Below are positions 47,864 to 57,992 of a stretch of 64,000 bases of DNA, in pieces (position 1 is the first letter of the stretch; every line of letters starts with the position of its first letter). The stretch covers positions 10,567 through 74,566 of the IMG/VR virus record IMGVR_UViG_3300019757_000007; one strand, given 5' to 3'. The position numbers were made by a program, and so were the translations under genes. The notes beneath the pieces were generated by a model. That model did not search any database, had not been told where the DNA came from, and saw nothing but the letters and a program-made list of their open reading frames with translations. The stretch comes from a virus.

Positions 47864-48137
47864 AAGCTCCCAAATAACATTAGAATATTTAAATAGTTAT
47901 TTTCCTTATCTTCAGAATCAAGTTCTAAACGAAGTAAATAAAAATTTTAAAAATATTCCAGATGAGGAAGTAGATAATTTAGTACAACATTTAATCCGTT
48001 CTAAATTATCAGATAAGATGAAGAATCTAAAAACATTTAAACAAGAATTAACAGAATTGGGTATTATAAAACCTAAAGAAGAAAAAAAAGAGGATATATT
48101 AAATGAAAAGAAACATACATCAATTAAGCGTAAATAA
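47853..48137 (+). CDS. Hypothetical protein
   Basis: Likely start MVNRS after GAGGAG. Confidence 0.6.
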   Translation: MVNRSSQITLEYLNSYFPYLQNQVLNEVNKNFKNIPDEEVDNLVQHLIRSKLSDKMKNLKTFKQELTELGIIKPKEEKKEDILNEKKHTSIKRK

Positions 48138-48453
48138 ATCTCTTATCTTAGAAGAGGCTAAAGAACTCCAGAAATTATCTAAAGAAGAAATTCAAACTAA
48201 AAAAGATAAGTTCGGAAAAATGGCAAAAGGATTAAAGAAAGGAAACTTTACTTCTTATTGTCAAAGTCATGGATATACTACAGGAAGCCATCCAGATTGT
48301 ATTGCTAAAGCTTTAAAAGAAGCAGATGATACTGGTAATAGTACTTTAAAAAGAAGAGCTGTACTGGCTAGAACATTTGCTGGGATGGCTAAGAAAAGAA
48401 AAGAAAATAATGCCGCTAAATTAAATAATTCTGTGGCAAGTTCTTATAGTTAG
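48103..48453 (+). CDS. Small basic protein, candidate internal head protein
   Basis: N-term ...LILEE/A; C-term KRRAVLARTF. Confidence 0.65.
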   Translation: MKRNIHQLSVNKSLILEEAKELQKLSKEEIQTKKDKFGKMAKGLKKGNFTSYCQSHGYTTGSHPDCIAKALKEADDTGNSTLKRRAVLARTFAGMAKKRKENNAAKLNNSVASSYS

Positions 48454-48529
48454 TAATGATATATTAATGTATATAATATCATTATATTATCAACAAATGG
48501 ATACTATAATATTATATATGGAGTTAAAG

Positions 48530-48913
48530 ATGAAGAAAATAAATGAATTAAATGTATTGGTAGTAGACGATTCTAAAACAATTTGTAGAATTAATAAAAT
48601 GATAGTTACTCAAATGGGAGTAAATAATTGTGATACAGCAGAAGATGGTTCTGTGGGATTAAAATTATTTATGAAAAATGATTACGACTTAGTACTATCA
48701 GATATTAATATGCCAGTAATGAATGGTTTTGAGTTCGTTGCCGAAATACGTAAAAGAAAATCAAAAGATGAATGTCCGGTATTTATGATTACTACAGAGG
48801 GTGGCAAACAAGAAGTACTTAGAGCTCTAAAATTAGGAGCAAATAATTATTTAGTTAAACCATTAGATAAAGATAATTTAATACAGAAAATAGAAGATTT
48901 ATACCAAGCTTAA
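48530..48913 (+). CDS. cheY: CheY-like single-domain response regulator
   Basis: VLVVDDS, phospho-Asp in SDINMPVMNG, ITTEGGK, GANNYLVKP; start at 48530 after GGAG. Confidence 0.88.
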   Translation: MKKINELNVLVVDDSKTICRINKMIVTQMGVNNCDTAEDGSVGLKLFMKNDYDLVLSDINMPVMNGFEFVAEIRKRKSKDECPVFMITTEGGKQEVLRALKLGANNYLVKPLDKDNLIQKIEDLYQA

Positions 48914-48975
48914 GAACTACTAGTAGTTCATAGAGATATAAATAATAAAAGAAAAATAATTTAAGGAAATAGGAA

Positions 48976-49698
48976 ATGATTTATTATTATAATGACGAGG
49001 AAATTATAAAAGTAAGAATAAAAGAACCCGAAGATGATAGTAAATTTACTATGACTTCTGAGATTGAGTACCTGCAGCAAATGGATATTAAAAATTTTAA
49101 TTACTATGTATTTGAAAGTGATATAGAAAAGCTTTCATATGAAGAATTTGAGTACTGGTATCAACAATATTTTAGAGATTGGATTAGTGATTTAAATGAG
49201 GATTATTTAGATATAGATTTAGAAAACCTCGAAAGAAATTTTAAGAATCCAGATGAAAAAAGATTCTTTCTAAAGAAAATAGTATTCTTTGTAATGCATA
49301 TATTTCCTTATGAGATATTAAAAGATATAATGTTGGATATTCAAAAATATCCAGAATTGGCTGGAGATTTAGATTTAAATAATTTATACGAAGGTGATTT
49401 TTATAATATATTTGATATAGATAATCCAAATGTAATCCATTTAAAAGCCTGTATTCAAAAGTTACTTAATCATAGAATAGTTAAATTAAAAAATTGGATT
49501 AATATTTTAGATGATTTTAGTACGGTATCTAAAAAAGATACTTTAGAAGATAGTGTTGCTTTATTAGATTCTCATATAGATAAACAGAATATGTTTAATA
49601 ATATGTATATTGAAATTATAGATGGTACTCCTTTAGAAAAGATTACTAACTTATTTAATATTTATATTGAAAAAGACTTTTTAAACCTTAGTGTTTAA
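48976..49698 (+). CDS. Acidic hypothetical protein
   Basis: ORF with RBS. Confidence 0.7.
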   Translation: MIYYYNDEEIIKVRIKEPEDDSKFTMTSEIEYLQQMDIKNFNYYVFESDIEKLSYEEFEYWYQQYFRDWISDLNEDYLDIDLENLERNFKNPDEKRFFLKKIVFFVMHIFPYEILKDIMLDIQKYPELAGDLDLNNLYEGDFYNIFDIDNPNVIHLKACIQKLLNHRIVKLKNWINILDDFSTVSKKDTLEDSVALLDSHIDKQNMFNNMYIEIIDGTPLEKITNLFNIYIEKDFLNLSV

Positions 49699-49737
49699 AA
49701 GTCTGAACTAAATTGAAGATAAAATTAAAGGAAAAAT

Positions 49738-50220
49738 ATGAATACTAAAATTGTTCTTAGAGACTATAATGAATTAAAATTTATAGCTCAAGATGGTGAC
49801 TCAACTAGAAAAATAGATGATAAATTAAATCTATTATTAAAATATATCGGTTCTATGGAAATGGATATTGATGAAATATTAATTAACCCAAAAGGAGATG
49901 GTGGTAAAAACCTAACTTTTGTAAATAATAATTTATCTCCAGAAAGAAATTTCTATAATGTAAAAATTCCAGAAAGCTGGACAACTTCTGTATCATTAAA
50001 TGATAATCAAGATAAAATTTATTGTAAAAAATGTAATTTTATGGTTTCTCCTGATTCAGTATATCATTTTCCAGATGAAAAAATATTAGAATCTGGAACT
50101 GCTGGTGAAGCAGATGCTGTTTATAGAAAAGCTTTATATCAAGATAGATTAGATGATAATACAAAAGATACTGTTTGCCCAGTATGTTCAAGTATTAATA
50201 GATTCGCTACTTTAGCATAG
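49738..50220 (+). CDS. Zinc-ribbon protein
   Basis: CKKC...CPVC. Confidence 0.7.
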   Translation: MNTKIVLRDYNELKFIAQDGDSTRKIDDKLNLLLKYIGSMEMDIDEILINPKGDGGKNLTFVNNNLSPERNFYNVKIPESWTTSVSLNDNQDKIYCKKCNFMVSPDSVYHFPDEKILESGTAGEADAVYRKALYQDRLDDNTKDTVCPVCSSINRFATLA

Positions 50221-50229
50221 GAACTTATT

Positions 50230-50496
50230 ATGAAATTAACTACTAGAAATCTTAGTTTTAGTCAAAGTATCGAAGAGGCCGATTTAAATGCAATAGCAAA
50301 AGCTGCTAATGGTAGTACTATGAAAAATACTTGGGATAGTATGACTAAAGGTATAGGTAATATGTTTAAAGATAAAAATACTACTAGACCAAGTTCAAAA
50401 CCAGGTACTCATGTATCTACTTCAGAAAAAGAAATTAATAATCCAACTTATAATCCCGACGCTGGAAAACCAGATTGGTTCGAAGCTAATACATAA
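50230..50496 (+). CDS. Small protein, candidate internal head protein
   Basis: N-term ...SIEE/A. Confidence 0.6.
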   Translation: MKLTTRNLSFSQSIEEADLNAIAKAANGSTMKNTWDSMTKGIGNMFKDKNTTRPSSKPGTHVSTSEKEINNPTYNPDAGKPDWFEANT

Positions 50497-50499
50497 GAT

Positions 50500-50524
50500 A
50501 ATCCCCTTCGGGGATTTCCTGTCG
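50500..50524 (+). terminator. Hairpin + TTCCTGTCG element, copy 3
   Basis: AATCCCC-TTC-GGGGATT then TCCTGTCG. Confidence 0.55.
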
Positions 50525-50617
50525 TAGTTAAAACTACACTTTACTTTAAAATAACTCCGAACTAAAGATAGTATTAATAGATATTATAGGCTATAATAAA
50601 AAGAAAAGGAAATAAAA

Positions 50618-51958
50618 ATGCAGAAATTGCACAATACAAAAATTGAAAATAATCGTACGATATTGGATATAGAAAATAGATTTGAAAGTGTCGGTGAAGA
50701 TGGTAAGTTGATTAGTCAAGAAACTATTAACATGGTAGAACATACAGTACAAGATCAATATCAGGTACTTTCTAAAAATGATTTTGGTAAAACCCCACAG
50801 AGAATTAATATTGGATTTTTTAATAAGAAAACTGATTTTAGAGTATCTGGTAAAGATAGTATAATTGCTTTTAATAAAGAAACGGCAGAAATTGTTTCAC
50901 CAAGTATAGAAGAAATTAAAAATCATCCTTATAGATATTTAATGATTTATAAATATCCTTTCTTTGATAATATTTGGAACGATGAAATAGAAATTAAATT
51001 AGAAGATATACCTAATGATTTTCATAAGATAATTCTAGATGAAAATTTTGGGGAATATTTAGGGAAGTTATTAAAAAAATTAACTCGAATGGTTCAAGTA
51101 GATGGAGTTACTGTAAATGATCTTGGAGTATTAGATATCGATTTTAGAAGACGAAAAGTTCTAGAAACTATTATTCAAGTACAAGGTACTAATAAATTTA
51201 GTATTAATAAAAAGATATTACTTAATAGTAATCCAAGTTTCTTAATGGGAATTCTAGAAGGATTCTTTGATACTGAAAATACTAAATATTTTAATATTCC
51301 AGAAACTATTAATGTATATACTATAAGTACAATATTTAATTTATTAAGTGCTTCATATAGTATTAGATTAAATAGAGAAAATGAAGTTAAAAAAGGTATC
51401 TTTACAGCTAGGTTTAAATTGCCTAATTCATTAAATGAGTTTCCAAATAATTTAAATAATGATATTTTTAGAAAACACAAATACCTATTTTTACCAAACA
51501 AGGTAGGGGAATTTGATAATTTTAAAATTAAATTTTTAAAAGATTCTAGAAATTATATTAAAAATAATACACCAGAAATAACTCAAAAATATATTGAAAA
51601 TGGTTTTACAGAAATGATGTATTTAGTTAATAATGGATTAATAGAATTAATCCCTACTTGGGATTTAGTATTTAATAAAATTCCAGAAGAAGAAGCTAAA
51701 GAAAATATGATGTATGATTTAATTATGGAAAATGATAAAGCTCATAATTTCCAATTAAATAATTTACCTATGTTACATAACTCTGATGGAGATATTATGG
51801 GGGTAATTGGATTATTTACAAAACAAGCTTGTGCTGATGCTAGAAAACATTTCTCTGCTGAGAATAAATTAAAATTTAAAGATCCAGTTAGTTCAAATGT
51901 TATGAACTGGGGAATTAAAACGGATGCCCAAGTTGGTTGGTATAATGCTACAAAATAA
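50618..51958 (+). CDS. rpoC: Split-intein C-fragment (388 aa, degenerate LAGLIDADG domain) fused to a 58-aa RNAP beta' C-extein carrying SDGD
   Basis: Intein block F MYDL...HNF, block G LHN/S, LAGLIDADG-like FLMGILEGFFDTE. Extein SDGDIMGVIGLFTKQACADAR...DAQVGWYNAT aligns with beta' [21 protein letters not shown]...DVVLGLYYMT. Confidence 0.9.
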   Translation: MQKLHNTKIENNRTILDIENRFESVGEDGKLISQETINMVEHTVQDQYQVLSKNDFGKTPQRINIGFFNKKTDFRVSGKDSIIAFNKETAEIVSPSIEEIKNHPYRYLMIYKYPFFDNIWNDEIEIKLEDIPNDFHKIILDENFGEYLGKLLKKLTRMVQVDGVTVNDLGVLDIDFRRRKVLETIIQVQGTNKFSINKKILLNSNPSFLMGILEGFFDTENTKYFNIPETINVYTISTIFNLLSASYSIRLNRENEVKKGIFTARFKLPNSLNEFPNNLNNDIFRKHKYLFLPNKVGEFDNFKIKFLKDSRNYIKNNTPEITQKYIENGFTEMMYLVNNGLIELIPTWDLVFNKIPEEEAKENMMYDLIMENDKAHNFQLNNLPMLHNSDGDIMGVIGLFTKQACADARKHFSAENKLKFKDPVSSNVMNWGIKTDAQVGWYNATK

Positions 51959-52130
51959 AAAAGAAATTGAGAGTTTACTAAAGGATTTTCAAGTTGACTC
52001 AACTGATTTAGGTAAAATAAAAACTGAATTAATAAAAACACAAGGTATTGAGTTTATAGAGAAATATGATATTTTATTAGATGAAATAATACATGAAAAA
52101 TTATATAAAAATAAATTAAGAAGGAAATAA
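51939..52130 (+). CDS. Small hypothetical protein
   Basis: Track ORF 51924..52130; probable start MLQNK near 51945; stop abuts mazG. Confidence 0.45.
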   Translation, partial: GIMLQNKKEIESLLKDFQVDSTDLGKIKTELIKTQGIEFIEKYDILLDEIIHEKLYKNKLRRK

Positions 52131-52131
52131 A

Positions 52132-52779
52132 ATGCAATTAAAAGAATATATAGATTTAGCTTTAAGAACGGAAAGTTCATTAAGCCCATTGACAAAAGAA
52201 GTTGAAGATAGAGGTCTAACGAATAGAACTTTTCATGGAGTAATTGGAGTAAATACAGAAGTAGGTGAAATGATTGAATGTATTGAAAATGGAAAATTTA
52301 AAGCTGATGAACCAGAAAATGCTCCGGACTGGGTTAATTTATTAGAAGAATGTGGAGATGCCTTATGGTACTTAGCTATTAAGATAGATGAGTTATTTGG
52401 ATTAGATTATGATCATTTTCAAGATTCTTTAAATAGAAACTCAGTAGATACTTTAGATAAAAGAACAATAGAAGAATTAATTGAAAGATTAAGATTCTCT
52501 GCTAATGAAGAATTAGATTACTCTAAAAAAGTTATGATGTATGGAAAAGATGATGATAATATGTTAAAATTTCAAAATTGTACTTTCGTTCAATTCTTAT
52601 TAATTATTAGAATAATCAATAAAGTTACTAAAAAAGCTGATAGCATTGAACAAGTTATGAAAGTAAATATTGCTAAATTAAACCAAAGATATCCAGATAA
52701 GTTCTCAACAACAGATGCCGATATTAGAGATTTAGTATCAGAAAGAACTATTCTAGAAAGTTTACCAACACCAGAATAA
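52132..52779 (+). CDS. mazG: MazG-like NTP pyrophosphohydrolase
   Basis: EVGE..E, EECGDALWY, NIAKLNQRYP. Confidence 0.85.
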   Translation: MQLKEYIDLALRTESSLSPLTKEVEDRGLTNRTFHGVIGVNTEVGEMIECIENGKFKADEPENAPDWVNLLEECGDALWYLAIKIDELFGLDYDHFQDSLNRNSVDTLDKRTIEELIERLRFSANEELDYSKKVMMYGKDDDNMLKFQNCTFVQFLLIIRIINKVTKKADSIEQVMKVNIAKLNQRYPDKFSTTDADIRDLVSERTILESLPTPE

Positions 52780-52914
52780 GATAGGAATACCCTATCTTTA
52801 GGCAAGATAATAATGATATTATCCAGTAATATACAACGGCTTCTTTAAGAGCTTGCAGTATAAACAAAATGAAATTTATAAAAAATAAATAATACAAAAA
52901 TTAAGGAAAATAAT

Positions 52915-55900
52915 ATGTCACAAACTAACTCAAATGTAGCTCCAGTTCAAACGGGTGTCCTAGCAGGGACTTCGAATATAAATCTAGAAGATGTACAAAA
53001 TTATTGGAATAAGATAATTAAAACTGAACAACTTCAAGAGGACGAGACTGCAAGAATAGTTTTTCAAGCAAGAGTTAAACCTAATTTAGCAACACAGTAT
53101 GAAAATTTAAAGAATTTTGAAATTACTGAAAGCAAACAATTAAGAACGGCGGTAGATGTTTTTAGTTATATTGAAGAAAAGACTAGATCTTTACCACATC
53201 ATGATGTTGGTATAAGTATCAGTTCAGCCGTTTATAATTACGATCCGACAAATGTTAATGAAAAAGGAAATGTAAAAGCTCCTAGTTATAATACTCTTAA
53301 AAAGATTAATTCATTAGTATTTGATATCGATGCTCACATTAAAGGGTCTAAAGAAAGATTTCATATTTATACTTTAGATGATAAATATATCCAAGTTGTT
53401 ATTCTTAGATCATATATTGAAATTATGGATTTATTAAATAAAAATGGTTGGGATATGCTTAAACCAAGTATGACTTTATGTACTGGTGGTGGTGTTCAAC
53501 TAGCATTTGATTTTGATAGAGACATCTATCCAGAAGAAGCAAAAAATATCTTTACTCGGTTAGGAGATATGCTTGGTAAAAAAGTATTTGGTTGTATTGT
53601 TCAAGATATGCTTGGTAACTTTTCAGAAGTAGATTTAGAAATAGATCCTACATTTAAAGATGTTACTCATACTCAAAGAATGGCTGGTTTAGTTAATCAA
53701 AAATATCAATACACTGCTCAGTACTTCTCGGATAGAGATAATACTACTTTTAATAATGATTTATTTAATTTTGGAAATAGTGAAGAGTACAAGGCATATT
53801 TAAAAACTTTAATTTTAAGTATTGATGAAGATATTCTTAGTACTAATTATGAAGATTCTAAAAAGAAAATATTTGAAGAATACTACAGTACTATATTAAA
53901 AGAAGTTCAAAAATTAAGTGCTTCTGGTCTAGACGCAAATGGTAATACTGTTTGTGCGTTAGAGATGATTGATGTTGATAAAGCAAATGAAGATGCAAAA
54001 ATAGTTTCAATTCAAAAAAGAACTAGTATTAATCCTTCTGAATATAATCCTATGGAATATGATATTATCTTAAAGTTAAAAGAAAAGGTAAATGAAGGTT
54101 TCGATATGAGAACTCTTTTCCCAGATATTACTCTTTGGGAAAATCATGGTTCTTACTATAAAATCTTATGTCCATTCCACGAGGAAAGAACTCCAAGTAT
54201 GGCAGTTTATTTTAATTCATTAATCTTTAGAGATTTTCATGATGATACTAATTATGGTATTGTAGCATTCTGGGAACAGATGTTCAATGTTAATAAAGCT
54301 ACCGCTATTTCTCAAATAGCAGATAAAGCTGGTATCAAATTTAAAAAGGGTGATAAAAAAGAATTTGAGAAAATGGAATTAGCAGAACTTATCGATACTC
54401 TTATAGATAAAATCGATACAGAAAGTTTTGTATATTACAGATTAGCAAATAAAAATAGAAATTGTGTAGTAAGACATATTGATACAGGTGAGAGTTTTGG
54501 TTTCGATGGTAGTAAAATGCTAGCGAGTCATATCTTAAGTAATCAATTAAATATCCACGATGTAGATAAAGAATTTATCCATGAATTTAATGAAGCATTT
54601 GAAAGTAAAATACTTATAGAGGCTTTTGAAGAATTTCATCCTGGTAAACCAACTGTATTCCAAAGACAATTTATCAAATTTGTAAATCTTTGGGTACCAA
54701 GTAAAAATTATAAAAAATCACATGATCAAGCTGATATATTTAAAGAAGAAGTTTGTAAAGATGGTTTAGATATTCCTGCAACTATTGAAATGTTAAAAGA
54801 TAAATGTCCTTGGACTTATCAGTACATCCTACAAATGGTTCAAAGAGGGGATTTAGAATGGTTTGTAAACTGGATGGCAAGTACAGCTCAGTTTAAAGTA
54901 CTTCCAACTATCCCAGTAGTATTTGGTATTGGTGGAGCAGGTAAAAACTTATTTGTAAGTACTATTTTAGAATGGTTTATCAATGGAGAATATGTAAAAA
55001 TTCTATCTGGAGATAGAGTTATGTCTAACTTTAATAGTGTACTAGAAACTGCAAGTTTATTAGTACTGGATGAGGGAGACTTCTCAAGTGGTCAACAAGT
55101 TGATCAGTTAAAATTATTAACTGGTAATGATAAAATGTTAATTGAAAAGAAAGGAGTAGATGCAATATCTAAATCTAGATTTTTTAATATCTTATTTTTC
55201 TCAAATGGTGAAATCCCAGTAAGACACCCAGCGATGGATAGAAGAATATCTTACTTTAATAATGAAGTTACTTTATTAGAATTAGTAGGAAGTATGGGAA
55301 TTACTATAGATCAATTCGTAGCTAATATCAAAGATGAGTTAACTGATTTTTGGGGAACTTTATTATGTACTAATTTAAATATGCCTCAAGGTATGTCTAA
55401 TAATAAAGATGGTTTATTTTATGAGCAAATCTTTAAAATGCATCCATTTGGAGCATTAGTAATTAAGTTATTAAAAGATGAGTGGAAAGAGATTGCATTA
55501 CAGTTAAATGAAAATGTATCTGATCCAACTATGATGAAATCAAATCTGGAATTACTAGATCAAATTAAAGATCAATTCCATCAAAATGGTAGTATTGCTT
55601 TAACACTTATTAATAGATATTTACAATCATTAAATTACAAATATAAAACTAGTATTCAAAAATATATCCAAACAAACGGATTAGAAAACTTTGGTGTTGG
55701 TATCGATATTGTAGCGGATGAAGTACAAATTCTTATTAATAAAACTAAATTAAAAAGTTCTCTAAAAATAGAAAATATTCTATTTAAAGAGAATAAAGAT
55801 TTATCTAAAAAGTTTAATAGAATTAAGAAAGCAATTTCTCGAATGGATCCAAAAGAAATATTATCATCAGAAGATGGTGCATTATCTAAGGATGAAGCAG

Positions 55901-56025
55901 AACATATAATTGAAGCAGAAGAGCAAGAAATTCTATTTGAGAATAATTCAGAAGCTGAGCATAAGGAGCCTTTAGCAGAAGGAACTTTACCAAAGGCTCC
56001 AACATTAAAAACTCCTACTTACTAG
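52915..56025 (+). CDS. Primase-helicase fusion (AEP-like primase + CHC2-type Zn finger + SF3/D5-like helicase)
   Basis: FDID, TGGGVQ, QRMAG; CPFHEERTPS; Walker A GIGGAGKN, LDEGD, FSN, DRR. Confidence 0.88.
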   Translation: MSQTNSNVAPVQTGVLAGTSNINLEDVQNYWNKIIKTEQLQEDETARIVFQARVKPNLATQYENLKNFEITESKQLRTAVDVFSYIEEKTRSLPHHDVGISISSAVYNYDPTNVNEKGNVKAPSYNTLKKINSLVFDIDAHIKGSKERFHIYTLDDKYIQVVILRSYIEIMDLLNKNGWDMLKPSMTLCTGGGVQLAFDFDRDIYPEEAKNIFTRLGDMLGKKVFGCIVQDMLGNFSEVDLEIDPTFKDVTHTQRMAGLVNQKYQYTAQYFSDRDNTTFNNDLFNFGNSEEYKAYLKTLILSIDEDILSTNYEDSKKKIFEEYYSTILKEVQKLSASGLDANGNTVCALEMIDVDKANEDAKIVSIQKRTSINPSEYNPMEYDIILKLKEKVNEGFDMRTLFPDITLWENHGSYYKILCPFHEERTPSMAVYFNSLIFRDFHDDTNYGIVAFWEQMFNVNKATAISQIADKAGIKFKKGDKKEFEKMELAELIDTLIDKIDTESFVYYRLANKNRNCVVRHIDTGESFGFDGSKMLASHILSNQLNIHDVDKEFIHEFNEAFESKILIEAFEEFHPGKPTVFQRQFIKFVNLWVPSKNYKKSHDQADIFKEEVCKDGLDIPATIEMLKDKCPWTYQYILQMVQRGDLEWFVNWMASTAQFKVLPTIPVVFGIGGAGKNLFVSTILEWFINGEYVKILSGDRVMSNFNSVLETASLLVLDEGDFSSGQQVDQLKLLTGNDKMLIEKKGVDAISKSRFFNILFFSNGEIPVRHPAMDRRISYFNNEVTLLELVGSMGITIDQFVANIKDELTDFWGTLLCTNLNMPQGMSNNKDGLFYEQIFKMHPFGALVIKLLKDEWKEIALQLNENVSDPTMMKSNLELLDQIKDQFHQNGSIALTLINRYLQSLNYKYKTSIQKYIQTNGLENFGVGIDIVADEVQILINKTKLKSSLKIENILFKENKDLSKKFNRIKKAISRMDPKEILSSEDGALSKDEAEHIIEAEEQEILFENNSEAEHKEPLAEGTLPKAPTLKTPTY

Positions 56026-56058
56026 GAGTTTAAATTAAAATAATCTAAAAGGAAAATT

Positions 56059-56493
56059 ATGATAACTTTATATTTACAAAGTTCTATGTTCTCTAGAAAT
56101 ATTAAAGAGAATACAAGTACCTGTAAATTATCTTTCAGAGATAAAAATAAAACATATCATAATAAAATATTGGAGGAAGAGTTGTTTCTTCCTTACCAAT
56201 CCGAAGTATCAAATAATTATTTAGAAATAAGCTCATTGTTATTAGGACTTAAGAATATTAATTATGATAATATTAAAAAGCTAAAAGATAGCAAAAAAGA
56301 AATTAAAACATTACGAATAGTATCTAATTATCAAAGTGGTGCTTTCATTAGAAATAGTATTAAACAATTATTTGATAATTGGGAATATTTAGATTTTAGA
56401 GGTGTTCCTTATAAGGAATTATGGAGAGAAATATATTCTTGGATAAATAAATTAAAAGAATATAATATCGATTATATAATAAAAGAAAAATAA
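56059..56493 (+). CDS. RNase HI-like protein, catalytic Asp residues apparently lost
   Basis: SNNYLE (~TNNRME), W...VPYKELW (~W...VKNVDLW); LYLQSS and VSNYQ replace TDGS and TDSQ. Confidence 0.6.
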   Translation: MITLYLQSSMFSRNIKENTSTCKLSFRDKNKTYHNKILEEELFLPYQSEVSNNYLEISSLLLGLKNINYDNIKKLKDSKKEIKTLRIVSNYQSGAFIRNSIKQLFDNWEYLDFRGVPYKELWREIYSWINKLKEYNIDYIIKEK

Positions 56494-56506
56494 CAAGGAA
56501 CTACTA

Positions 56507-57106
56507 ATGGGAGATTTAAGAAGTAATCATTCAGATAAATTTTTTAATGATAGAATAGAAGAGAGTGGAGTATATTCTCCAATGTCCAAAGAAGAAAGAG
56601 AAATGCAAAAAATTTCAGAGGAACCTATTTTAAATATTAGTCCCTCAGCGGATGAGGTACAAAATGAGGTTTCTTTATTAACGCAGGATCTTAATTTTAT
56701 TAAAGAGATGCGACAATCGGCATCTAGAGCTTTAGGAATACCGGCTAACTATTTATTCGATATGGTACAGGAAACATCTACAAGAGTACAGGATACCAAT
56801 GAAAGACTAGATCAAGAGATTAATAATAGAGCTATCTCGAATATAGATATTCATAATGAATGCGTTAGAAACGTGGATAGTTTAACTCCGAAACTGGATG
56901 AAATAATAAATAGAATCAAAAAGTTAGAGAACCGAGTAAGTGATTTAGAATTTAATCCTGCTGCTCCAACTTTATTAGAATATTATTCTTTAGAAGTTAA
57001 AGTAAATGTACTTACTGATGTACTTACAAAAATTACGGAGAATTTACCAGGAGAATTTTTAGGTACTTTTAATCTAAAAGAAAATTTAAAATTTAAAGGA
57101 AATTAA
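56507..57106 (+). CDS. Coiled-coil protein, paralog of 57108..57485
   Basis: C-term KITENLPGEFLGTFNLK. Confidence 0.7.
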   Translation: MGDLRSNHSDKFFNDRIEESGVYSPMSKEEREMQKISEEPILNISPSADEVQNEVSLLTQDLNFIKEMRQSASRALGIPANYLFDMVQETSTRVQDTNERLDQEINNRAISNIDIHNECVRNVDSLTPKLDEIINRIKKLENRVSDLEFNPAAPTLLEYYSLEVKVNVLTDVLTKITENLPGEFLGTFNLKENLKFKGN

Positions 57107-57107
57107 A

Positions 57108-57485
57108 ATGTATACAACTGGAGAGGTTTTAACTCAGACGGAAATAGATCAAATAGTTAATAATGCTGTTTCAGATTTAAGTACTACAGTTAATAATAAT
57201 TTATCTCTGGATGGAGTAGCAGCCGAAGAGAATTCCGGAATTCACTTTACCTCTTTAACTCGAGATAATAGTGTATTAAATACATTACATGTAGATAATA
57301 CGATAGATGTTATTAGACGTTTTAGTGATAGCGTTCATAATGAAACTTCTGATTTAGAAGATAGAGTTCATGAATTGGAAACGCAAGTAAAAAATCTTAC
57401 TGGTATTTTAGAAAAAATAACTGGGTGTTTACCAAAAGAATATTTAGGAACATATAATTTAAAAAACGAACTAAACTTTAGATAA
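57108..57485 (+). CDS. Coiled-coil protein, paralog of 56507..57106
   Basis: C-term KITGCLPKEYLGTYNLK. Confidence 0.7.
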   Translation: MYTTGEVLTQTEIDQIVNNAVSDLSTTVNNNLSLDGVAAEENSGIHFTSLTRDNSVLNTLHVDNTIDVIRRFSDSVHNETSDLEDRVHELETQVKNLTGILEKITGCLPKEYLGTYNLKNELNFR

Positions 57486-57501
57486 AATTAAAGGAAAAAA
57501 T

Positions 57502-57915
57502 ATGGGATTAAATTTAGGCCAACCTAATTATTTAAAAGATTCGGCTGCGATAGCTGGTGGGGTAGCTTTAGGAGCTGGAGCTTTCTTAGGAGCTGGAGAA
57601 GTAATTGGCGATAATTTAGAAACTAATCAAGATAAATTACAAGAGATACAAAAAAATGCTGGTGGTCAAGCTAGTATCAATTTCAATTCAGCTAAACCAT
57701 TAGAAACTAATATTACTTATACTCAAAATGATGGAAGTACGAGTAATTATTCGGCTCGAGAATTAGCTGATTCGACTAGAGAAAAAATTATTAACGATGA
57801 AAAAATTAAAATACTAGATAGTAATAAAATGAATTTAGTTGGAGCGGGTGCTGGTATAGGAGCTGGAGCTGCTGGTATTGGAGTAATTAGTAATAGATTT
57901 GGGAATAAAAGATAA
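57502..57915 (+). CDS. Protein with two glycine-zipper hydrophobic segments
   Basis: AGGVALGAGAFLGAG and GAGAGIGAGAAGIG. Confidence 0.65.
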   Translation: MGLNLGQPNYLKDSAAIAGGVALGAGAFLGAGEVIGDNLETNQDKLQEIQKNAGGQASINFNSAKPLETNITYTQNDGSTSNYSARELADSTREKIINDEKIKILDSNKMNLVGAGAGIGAGAAGIGVISNRFGNKR

Positions 57916-57992
57916 AGTTAACTTATAGGAAGATTAAATTCTTCCTATTTTCTTGTCCAAGAAAAAACATAAAAATAAATCAAGGAATAAAT

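Noticed and set aside
1167-52805. Short track ORFs antisense to long genes (e.g. 1167..1349, 2790..2987, 9370..9648, 30369..30686, 42306..42554, 51175..51501)
   Set aside because: They lie opposite well-supported genes, lack RBS and look like shadow frames.
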